Shown here one piece after another: positions 26,339-37,801 of a DNA stretch of 64,000 nt. Source of the DNA: Adineta vaga (lineage: Eukaryota > Animalia > Rotifera); NCBI GenBank assembly GCA_021613535.1, contig CP075495.1:5022001-5086000 (forward strand), read 5' to 3'. The notes beneath the pieces are model-generated. The model was not told the origin of the DNA. It made no database searches and saw only the letters and a list, made by a program, of their open reading frames with translations. Position 1 is the stretch's first letter, and the number at the start of each line of letters is the position of its first letter. Made by a program: the position numbers and the translations under genes.

Positions 26339-29300
26339 ATGTGGATAGATTTTTTCCTTTACTTCTACTTTGTTCAATTAACTATACAAACAAAGATAAA
26401 TAATCAATATAACAAAGATTTTTCTGGTAATTTGTTTTGACATTTTGCACAAAGAAAATAATATTTTCATGTTAGTTATTTTTAATCTATTTGATATTCC
26501 ACAATTGATTGAACATGGGTGGATACCTGTACTTGATTCATCAAATACAACACTTACGAAAGATCATCTATCAACTCTTGATATTATCAATACCAATATT
26601 ACTGAAATAACAAATATTGCTCTTCGAACACCATGGACTTCTCGTCATCAAAAGGCAATTCTTCTTCATGTTAATTCAAATTCAAAACTTACAAACCATT
26701 CTGGTAGTTTATTTTTGAACACGTCAATATCACTGTATTATTTCTTTTCTCTTGTTCAGGATTTCATTTTCCAGTTGTATTTACTCTTCTAATTACATAC
26801 CGTGCTGTTAAAGATTCATCAGGTGTATTACTTTCTTTGATAGATAATAGTACATTCATCATCTTTGAAATCATTATTAATACGAATGTTACACTAACTT
26901 ATCAAAATAAAGAAAACAAAGAACAACTTATTTTTCATCATAAAACATTTGTACCTAATGATGGATTGTAAGTTCTATTAGAAAAGTGCATTTGTTTTAT
27001 CTTATTATATAAAAATTAATTTTAGATGGCATGAACTTAGTTTTATTTTTGGGATTCAATCAGTAATACTTAGATTCGATCATCAAATTAATGATGAGAT
27101 GGAATTACCATTGAATTTATATGGAATATCAAGAGAATTTAATTTAACAAGTATCGTTTTCCTCGAAGCAAATAAGCACGAAGATGAGCGGAAGGATTTA
27201 TTTTTTCAGGTAAAATTAAGCAGCTTTGACTGATGTTTTTCTTGCTAAAAGAGTAAACAAATTAATTGAGTCTATGGGCTAGAAATTAATTAAAAAACTA
27301 AACATTATTTTCTTCTAATCGGTGGCGGGCATTTTTGATTACTTCGAACTGTCTTTGTTGTCCTAGATAATTACAACATACGATGTAATATGTACTGAAC
27401 ATTCCGTTTTCTACAAGTTAAAACGAAAAGATTGAATTGATTTCTTTTGAATGATGATCATCATTATCACGTGAAAGTCTTTTTCTTAGACTAGAAGACA
27501 TAGAAATAATCTGAAATTGTTACAATGAAGCTTAAATATTAAAATCTCGTTATCATTTCACTATAAAACAAGATTATTTTCTTATATATGAAATTATCTT
27601 GTAGAATTTCAACTCGTTTGTATAATACATGTGTTTTTTAATTAACTTAGGGTGATATCAAGAATATCTTTGTCGTAGATTTGAATACAATGAATAATAT
27701 TTTAAAAAATGATGATGGATATCCTCTATTAAATGAACAGCTACAATCAAGTAATTCCATAATTCCTTCGGTAAATGTCTTCATTATTTGCATGAAGACA
27801 AAGAATTTCATTAGTGAACATTATAGTCTATTCCGTATGAATATTCATCAGAACACGCAGGAAGATATGAAGCAGGACCATCAGGACCTCCTGGAAAACC
27901 TGGTAGATCTGGTCTTGATGGGCCAGTTGGTGCACCTGGTGCTCCTGGACATATTATTGTTATTCCTGTATGTATTCGAAAGTTCAGTATGACTCCAAAC
28001 CGTGTTTCTTTCCTTGTTGACTTATTTTAGTCACCGATTCATGATGAACGTGATCCACAAGCTTTTATGCATGCAATTCAAGGAATGATCAATGCATATG
28101 CAGTAAATGTTATTGAATGCAAATTAGATGAGAACTTTATATTCATCTCTATTTCGATCAGCATATCCTAACAGGTCAACCAGGTGCTCCTGGACGACCA
28201 GGTTTGCCTGGTGATGCGGTAAGTTGATGATCTATTTGTTCGAAATCAAAGTTTCTTTTTTTTATCTAATTGGTTGTAAGGGACGACCAGGTTTAAGAGG
28301 TCTAAGAGGAGATCCTGGAGAAGGTAAGATTTATTTATTAGTTTCTGAGTATTACATTTTTTTTACACGCATCATTTAACTATTTAGCTGGAACAGTAGG
28401 ACCAGCAGGTCTACCTGGACCATCTGGACCTCGCGGACCACCAGGACCACAAGTTTGTTCATACTTTTGTAATATATTCATAAAATAAATTTGTTTTGTA
28501 ATGATCTTTTCAGGGACCTCGAGGTCTCAATGGATTACGTTAGTATAATTGAATGAGAAATTTTTTCTTTTAATATACACGTATATATTCATACTCTACA
28601 GGTGGTTATCAAGGTGCTCCTGGTCAAAAAGGTGAACAGGTTAGTGAATTGATATTATTTGATATTTTAATAGCATATGTATTTCAAAGGGACCACGTGG
28701 TCTACCAGGTTCCCAAGGTAACAAAGGCAGTCAGGTAATTAGTGTACAGCTTCTATGGTTTGAATCATTAAATAATGTTTCGATTTTAGGGTGAAGTAGG
28801 ACCTGTTGGCGAACCGTAAGCACTAATTGCTTTTTTGTGAAAAAAAAATGATTTAGTTTATTGTAGAGGACCTATAGGCCCTACAGGAATTAAAGTAAGC
28901 ATCAATTTCTGTAATTAAATTCGATAATTTGTATCATTAAGGGTGATAAAGGTGAAGTAGGACCAGAGGGACTACAGGGTAAACAGCCTTTACACTTCTT
29001 ATCCTTTAGTATTGACATTATCATATGTACCATAGGAGAAACAGGTCCACGCGGCTTAACTGGTCCAAAAGGACTTACGGGACGAACTGGTTTAACGGGT
29101 CAAAAAGTTTGTATATATATATATATCTATTAGAAAATAAAATTGAAATTACTTTGTATCCTTTAGGGAATACAAGGTCCACGAGGTGCAAAGGGTGAAA
29201 AAGGAGATCGAGGCGAGAAAGTACTATATTCATCATTGATAATCAATGAGAAATCTGTTATTTACTATTTAACTTAGGGAAACACGGGTTGGCGTGGTCG

Positions 29301-32300
29301 TATCGGTCCAATTGGATTAACTGGTTGGTAATAGATTTTATTCTATAAACATATGACTCAACAAAAACATTTTCTATAGGCTCACAGGGTATACCAGGAA
29401 TAATTGGACGAAAAGGGAAACAAGGCATTCAAGGATTACTAGTAATATATTAATATTGTATTTATTAACGACTGATATTACAAGAATGAATTTCTCTATC
29501 TAAGGGACCTATTGGTCCACAAGGACCACAAGGTGCAGTCGGTCAGAAAGGTGATCGTGGAGCAGTAAGTATACTATTCTTGTATGGCTTTCATTTTATT
29601 CTATTGTTTTCTTTTTCATAGACAGGACCAAAGTAAATATAGAACAACGTTTTTTTCGAATCGAACACCATCTATTATGATATCTTTCAGAGGAAATCAA
29701 GGCATCGTTGGTCCAACGGTAGATTATATACACTTATATCATGTCACTATCTCATCCGTTTGATTTTGTTTTCTATATGTCATTGTAGGGAGCTAAGGGA
29801 ATCGTTGGCGAACGTGGACTAACTGGTGAAAGGTTTGCGTGTATGCATTGTTTTCAAAAATTCTAATGAATTCAATATTTCTTTTCAGAGGTGATAAAGG
29901 TTTCAAGGGTAAACAAGGTCTCAAAGGTACAATCGGCATAACCGGTGATAAAGGAGATCAAGGTGATACTGGACCACAAGGGTAATAATTCTATATTTTC
30001 TTAAGCTACAGAAAAATTTCCATATTTCCATTTCTACAGACCACTAGGTATAGTTGGAGATGTCGGTCCAATTGGTTTGACCGGTGTTCAAGGTTTCAAA
30101 GGAGATAAGGTTATTTACTTTCTGAATAATTAGTTTCTTATCATAGTACTGCTCTTGGTTGGATTCTAACAGGGGGAAATTGGTCCAATTGGTGATGTTG
30201 GTATTACTGGAATACAAGGATTACGGGTTCGATACATTTATTTGTTAAAAATGTGAACTAATTTGATCACTGCAATTACTTGTCGTTAGGGTCCTATTGG
30301 TCTGACAGGTCCTATTGGATTTACTGGTCCAAAAGGTTACAAAGGTGAACTGGGAGATAAAGGTGATAAAGGAAATCGTGGAGAAAAAGGAATACAAGTG
30401 TGTATAATATGGAAATATTCTAATGTATTGATTTCTACAATTCTTTTATATTATAGGGTCCACGTGGAATAATAGGTCCACAAGGTATTCAAGGTAAAAT
30501 AGGCCCAATAGGACCAAAAGGCGATCAAGGTAAAAATATATCTTTATATGATGTAATTGTATAAAAAAAAAAACATTGGTTTTTCACGTATTTCAGGAGA
30601 AAAGGGAGAGAAAGGAATTATTGGACCACAAGGTCCTCAAGTGAGTATTTTTGCTACTAATTGTTGTATGGTTCTTTGAAAAAAAAACGATTTTAAAGGG
30701 AGAACGTGGTCCAATTGGTTTGACTGGTGATAAAGGCTATCAGGGTGTAATTGGACCTGTAGGTCCAAAAGGTTAGTATTTTTATAAACTAAGATCAAAT
30801 TTATCAAGATCTAATTAATAAGATTCTATTTAGGTAATCAAGGCGAAAAGGGCAATCAGGTTAAATACTTAGAATGTTTTTCAAATCTTCGAATAAATAC
30901 ATTTCATCACATAGGGGCCACAAGGTGACCAAGGTATTATTGGTCCAATAGGAATCAAGGGAGAAAAGGTTCCATAGTCTTGTTAGATAGTATATTGGAT
31001 GTGCAACAGTTTATTTGTAGGGTAATCAAGGTACAATTGGTCCAATTGGAGTCGATGGTCCACAAGGAGAAAAAGGTGAGAACTTTCTCCGCTTAGCACT
31101 TCTATGTCAAAAGAAAAACTATTGTTAATCTGTAGGAAACAAAGGAGATATTGGCCCAAAAGGAATTCAAGGAGAGATTGGTCCACGAGTGAGTTTGACG
31201 CGAATATTGAAATTTGTACGATTATTTTCATATATTTCATATTTAGGGATTGAAAGGTGATATTGGCGAAAAGGGAGATATTGGACCTGATGGGCCAAAA
31301 GGCGGTACAGTCGAATCATCGTGTAACTTTATCACTGTTTAATTCTGTATTATGTATCTTTAGATAAAGGAAACCTTGGAATTATAGGATTGCAAGGTCA
31401 AAAAGGTGACATTGTAAGTTATTAGACAAATCTTTTCTTAAAAAAACGCTCAGTTACGAATATTGTTATCTATTTTACGCTTACTAGGGTCCAATTGGAT
31501 TTATTGGTCCACTAGGACCTATCGGTGTGATTGGACCTAAAGGTGATCAAGGTGTTAAAGGAGAAAAAGGACATGTTGGAATTCAAGGTGAAAAAGTATG
31601 CATCGAGAATCGTGAAGAGGATTTTGAGTAACAAGACTTTTCTGTATATTCTTTAGGGAGACAAAGGCATTGAAGGTAAACAAGGACCGATTGGCCAAAC
31701 AGGTGAAAAAGGAGATATGGGCGAAGTAAGTTTAAAAAAGCTTTCAGGTAATACATTTAACAATAATATTTTCGTATAGGTAGGAGAATTAGGACCACAA
31801 GGTGAAAAAGGTAAATTGAATTAGTTTATTTATATCTAAACTGATAAAATATGTACAAACTACAATCTATGCAATGTTTAGGCGACAAAGGTAACCAAGG
31901 ATTGCAAGGACCGATAGGACCACAAGGTCCAGAAGGAATACAAGTAAGTAATCTGAATATATCTTTTAAATTTATTGTAGAAATCGGAGAACTTTAATAT
32001 ACATCATTGCATTTGAGGGACCACAAGGTGTAAAAGGAATAATCGGTTTACAAGGTCCACTTGGTGAACAAGGTATTCAAGGTCCAATTGGAAATGAAGG
32101 ACCAAAAGGAGACACGGGTCCAGTGGTGAGTTAATATTTGATTTTAAAAACATGCATGTTTTTGTTTGCTTGTCCTTTTTTTCTCCCCTTTCTAACTACT
32201 ATTTCACAGAAGCAAACACTCCAGTTTATTTACTTTTTATTTAGTATCAGCTTATTACATCCTATGACGTAGGAATTAGTTTTTGTACATCGAATATTTT

Positions 32301-33932
32301 CCTAGGAAACAGAGAATGATAAAACTGCTTTGATTTTATGTTATTCAATGTACAATATGTAATTAAAAGAAGTATTTCAAATATTTCGTTTTAGGGTGAT
32401 CAAGGAATTCAAGGACAAAGTATGTTATTCATTGGCATCGAAGGATACTTACACATTTTTCCATATTCTTAGAGGGAGAAATGGGTCCACGAGGACTGAA
32501 GGGAAATACGGGACATGCAGGTCCACCAGGTCCACATGGTATGTTAGATTATTCAAGCATAAGTTGTATTTATTTTTTATATATGATTAATGTTTAAGGT
32601 GAAAGAGGTCCAAAAGGTGAGCGTGGACCTCGTGGAGATCCGGTAAGTTTATTTTCATGAAGAATAATCATACGATTAAAAATAATTTTAATTAGGGAGA
32701 TCCAGGGGATCGAGGACCACAAGTAAGTAACTTTATGTTTTAATCAAGTAGATTAGTGAACACTTAAAATTATCATTACAGGGAACAGCAGGAACAAATG
32801 GTGAACCTGGAAAGTAAGAAAGACATATCCTTTATTATTCTATATTTCATTCAACCTAATATTTCTCTTTATGTAGCATGGGACCACCCGGACCACAAGT
32901 AAAGATTTAATTTTACAACTAAAATATTTCTTATGATAAATACTGTTCATCTCTACTTAAGGGTGTAATTGGCCTACAAGGACCCAAAGGTAAGTTATTC
33001 GTATTTTACACAACATATAATTATTATCCTTTTTAGGTACGGATGGACCACGAGGAATTAAAGGTGAAAAGGGCTCGTCAGTATGTATAAGACACGTTGG
33101 ATGCTGAAACCGATATCTATCTAATATATCTTTTAGGGTCCAGCAGGTCCACCGGTATAATCGAATGAATGATAAATTAATTTTCCGTATGGTCACTTAC
33201 TATTTTTAGGGACCACCGGGTGAAACTATCTTACCAAGTGAATTAGGTCAATTCGATCCTCAAACTGAAAAAGCTGAATGGCCTAGTCCAAGATTTCGTC
33301 GTTCAAATTTAAAACTCGAAGAAAATATTCAACTGCATTCAATTGGTATACAACTCATTCATGTTCTAGAAAATATGGCAAATCAATTGCAACAAATTGA
33401 ATCACCAATGGGTCTTCGACGTGAAACTCCATTTCAATCATGTCTTGATCTTCCCAATCCACCAACGACAGGTACTCAATTTTGCATTCTTTTTTTCCTG
33501 AGTAATACCTTTTCGATTAAGGAAAATACTGGATTGATCCAAATCATGGAAGTCCAATCGATGCAATTCAAGTTGATTGTATTGTTGAAAGTGGAAGAAA
33601 AAAGACATGCATACAACCACATGATCAACAAGCGAAACAAGTAAAGAATAGATAAATTTATTCAATAAAACTTCTTCATATAGATCGAGTTTAGAATTTT
33701 TCGAGGATTGACACTTTTGTATCAAATTTCTATTATCGAGATTCAATTAAGTTCATGCATATGTATACGTTTTGATTCAATTATTATGATAAATACATAG
33801 CGACTATGGAAACGTCAGGAAAAAATTCAAATTGAAATAGAATAGTTGACTAGAACTCTAGTTACTCAAAATATATCTTCAAAGTAAACATATTAAAAAG
33901 GTTTATTGAATGCCTATCATAATGCAATCACG

Positions 33933-33966
<34 letters not shown>

Positions 33967-34363
33967 TCGTTGAGTTCTAAACTCTGTTGATTGATCGTAC
34001 TCTTTCAGATTGATTATGGACCATTATCTCAATTACGTTTTTTACGAATACTTTACAATGAAATAGAACAAAATTTCACAAGTGAATGTAATCAGGAAAT
34101 TCGTCCAAATGTTACTCTTACTTCTCTCGATGATATTCATTATCATATTAGTCAATTACCCAATGTAATTATACATAATGAATGCCAGGTATATTAAGAT
34201 TTGATGACAACAACTTGTTTTTACTTTTCTTCTATTCTAGAATCCTCATCATCAAGGATCGATCAAATATATTATTAATACAAGTGACAGACATCTGTTG
34301 CCGATTATTGATATAATATCACATATGAAAAATCTTCGTGTTAGTCGAGTGTGTTTTTTTTGA
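26339..34363 (+). CDS. fibrillar collagen alpha chain, clade B (type V/XI-like): TSPN/LamG, minor helix, major helix, COLFI; ~55 exons
   Basis: Hydrophobic N-terminus; TSPN motifs FPVVFTLLITYR, DGLWHEL, FQGDIKNI; minor helix ending GAPGHIIVIP; continuous Gly-X-Y over 28174-33227; furin site RFRR; COLFI PFQSCLDL, YWIDPNHGS, QLRFLRIL, LLPIID, SRVCFF*. Confidence 0.95.
33934..33964 (+). repeat. (TA)n microsatellite in a collagen intron
   Basis: About 15 consecutive TA units. Confidence 0.9.
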
Positions 34364-36118
34364 TCGATTGATGTGCATTCCGGTGGATAGACCAAATAGA
34401 AATGATTGATCTTTTTTTTTCTATAATAAATTCAAAGATAAAATATTTTTTACAAAGATTATTGAATAGAATTATAATATATGTATTTCTATCTAAATTT
34501 GATATCAATCGTAGATAACTCTATAATACGAGACAGAACATTCGCAAATGAATAAAAGAAAACAGACGTGTAACAGCATCACAGATGATCTTTGATTGTT
34601 TATTGTACAAACATTTATACTAACTATCACTTTGGAAAATCATAACCGATCTCAATCAAGGCATCTACCAGTAATAATATTTGATATGATCAGGTATACG
34701 TCAAGTAGTTTTGATAAGATATGGAAATAATCAATAATTAATATGATTACAGTTTGTTTCGATCATCGTAATGCTTACCACACGTTTCGTCTAAATGATT
34801 AATTAGAGTTTTTTCAAAAAAAGAATCTTTGATAATATTATTTGCATGAATGAAATCATCTTCTACTAATTTTCTCGCGTGTTCTGTGAGCATTGCTGAT
34901 GATAGAATCAGTTCTTTTTTTTTTCTCTCTCTCTCTCTCTTTTGCTGTTACTGAAATTACAACAAAAACAAGGACAAAGAACAATCTATCAGTAGAATGC
35001 CTATCTCTTCTTCGTGTTGGAAAGAATCCGCTGAATTTGATGTCACTGATAGAATATTTAATCAATTCTATTTTTCTTACTGATAAATCTTATAAAGAAT
35101 AGTTTATTTACCAATCATTTTTCTTCTTAGATGAATGAATCAATATAATAATCTATCCTGCTTCATTCGACATGAAAAGATCCTGAAGAATAATCCTATT
35201 TTTTCTGATTATAGATCAGTAATTATTAGCCATTTTTTTGACCTTATTCACTATTATAATGACATCAGAAATCTTTCTAATTCTGTGTTTTTTCTTTATC
35301 CATATTCATTGTATTTGTAGAGGAACGACTATAGGGATTTCTTGTAATACTATTATTCCTACAAGCAATGTATAACTTTCTCAAAAGAAAATATCTAAAG
35401 AGTATGGAAACGATGCAATTATATGTTGAAATACGATAATATTCTAAGGTGCTGAATTACTCTTAGTCTAGTCTTTTTGTCATCTATTTGATTTTAATAA
35501 AATGCATGAATTTGCTGCAGAGATTAGAATATTGCCTCTCCATTCTTTTCTCTCCTCTTCTCTGACAATCGATTATTTCCGATGTTGATTATTGCTTCTC
35601 GATAATACTCATCAGTTAGCAGTTTTTCATCCTCATCTTCTCATCACGGTAGACACGAACAAGGAGAAAAAAAAACCCACAAAGATCAGCAGTACTTTGT
35701 TCTTTTTTCGCATCTGCACTCGATGTTGACGCGTGATCAATTATCGTTTTGCTGTTTTCCGCTCTCTTCTCTTCTTCAGCAAGTGCATCTCGTTTTCTCT
35801 TATTTCTTTTCTTTTTTTTCCTCCATTACAAACAAATAACTCACATTATTAAAGTTTACTAACACTCATCAGCATGTTGGCATTGATAGGACATCCAAAG
35901 TAAGTGAATGCATATCTTTATCTCCGAAAAGAAAGGGAAAGAGAAGATTTTTTTGTTGTTGTGAGAGGAAATGGCATTTATTCCAATTTACTTAAACATG
36001 TCTCATCTTCCTGTTATTCTTTTTTTCTCTGAATTCTTTCCTTTTTTTCCTCTCTTATACAGATTATGTGACAATGACATACTGCCTAATAAAGAAAACT
36101 ATTACTTGAATTAGTAAG

Positions 36119-37694
36119 ATGAAGTCTCATCAAAATTCAATTTCAATTGTTATAACAACAACCGATCAGTCAGTTCTACAACAGCGTTTATCTACAATAT
36201 GCAAGCGACTGTTTGAAATTCTCACACATTATGACAGTAAGAATATATATATATATTCATATTTATTCATACTTTCTTTTTCTTTTCAAATAAATCCGCT
36301 CTAATTGAGTAAGTTAGTATGAATAAAGTGTAGTGAGTTCGATTTTCTTCTTCTCTATATATGAAGTAAGACAAGATTGTAATTACTTTTGAAGTATAGT
36401 TTAATTAATATTGATGGGTATCATTATTCATATGTTTCATTTTTGGTTGAAAAAAATAGACTCAATATATCGAATACATATAAATTCGATGCATTTGTTA
36501 TCAAATAATAATGTCATGTTTACTTTGACGTATGAAATAAGTTTAATTAGAAATTCATTAACGTTTTTCTTTTATTTTCAGCTCCGAAAGTCGTTCGTTT
36601 TGAATCAAAATGGATTGCAAGTTTATCTTCATTTGTTAAATTATCTCTTGCTATTAGTTGTATATATTTAATGTGTCAACGAAAATCATATCAAATATTT
36701 GATAGTTCACCCATATCCGCTGTAACAATTAAAGTTAAACCATCACCAAATTGTTCGCGCAATTCGCCGATAATGCATTATTTTCCCTTTTATAATTGTA
36801 CACAATCTTTATATGATGTGAATGATTTTATTTTGCCTGCAACAGAAAATTCCGCTGACGATTACAACACGTATAACAGAAGTTGGACATGTTTTGAAAA
36901 AGTGTGATCATAGAACAACAGAAGAAAAACGAAATAACTATTCTTTGATCAATGCAACAGCAATAAATACATGTAATCAATCCGAACTATCACGTTGTAT
37001 TTTACATCCATTCTTTCGTCGTATATATGAAGATGAAAAAATGACTCCTAAACCAGAATTATGTTGGTATAAACTACCGGATGTCGATGAAAAACGTAAT
37101 TATCAAGCACTTGATTATATTTTATTTATAAAACATTATGTTGAATTTCCTCTATTTCATCTTGTACGAGATAATCTGAGACGAGGTATTCTCGAGGAAA
37201 ATTATATGAGTACATGTGAATATGATGAAAATGAAAATCGACTTTGTCCTAAATTTCGTATACTAAAAATTCTCAAAATGATCGAAGATGATCCCGACGA
37301 ATACGAATCAATGTTTTATTATGGTTCATTAATTGAAATAAAAATCGATTGGAAATGTAATCTTGACAAAGGTGCAAAAAAATGTGAACCAAGTTATAAA
37401 TTTCAACGTTTAGATCATAAACCTTATAAAGAAAATCCTTATCAAGCTGGTTCATCTTTTCTTACGGCAAAACATTTCTTTCGACCGAAAGATAGACAAT
37501 TACATCGAATACATGCGCAAATTTATAATCTACATATCGTCGTTTCTGTCACAGGTGAAGTGGGAAAATTTGATTTATTTCAAACGACCACAAGTATTGG
37601 TTCATTTCTTGGCATATTTGGTGCAGGATCAATTGCATGCGATCTTATAGCAGCATTTTTTACGAATTTTAAAACTATTAAATATGATAGTTGA
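36119..37694 (+). CDS. P2X purinoceptor-like channel, divergent; frameshift at ~36857 as assembled
   Basis: Exon 1 ends HYD(a)|gtaag; exon 2 gives YDTPKVVR, TM1, SYQ, SAVTIKVK, DVNDFILP; frame then switches to ORF 36822 with LFIKHYVEFP, CPKFR, IDWKCNLD, CEPSYKFQRLD, GEVGKFDLF, TM2 IGSFLGIFGAGSIACDLI. Confidence 0.9.
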
Positions 37695-37801
37695 TTTATT
37701 CCAGGAAATAAAAATTTATTTTTTCTCAGGAACATACAAAGAAAATTTTTCTAACTTGTCTTGTCTATACACACACATCATACAGGAGGAAAGAAAAGAA
37801 C

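Noticed and set aside
30983-31240. Minus-strand ORF within the collagen gene (also 32957-33196 and 33438-33746)
   Set aside because: Antisense shadows of collagen exons.
28174-33227. Regular alternation of GC-rich and AT-rich blocks resembling a repeat-spacer array
   Set aside because: These are Gly-X-Y exons and short introns, with no identical direct repeats; not CRISPR.
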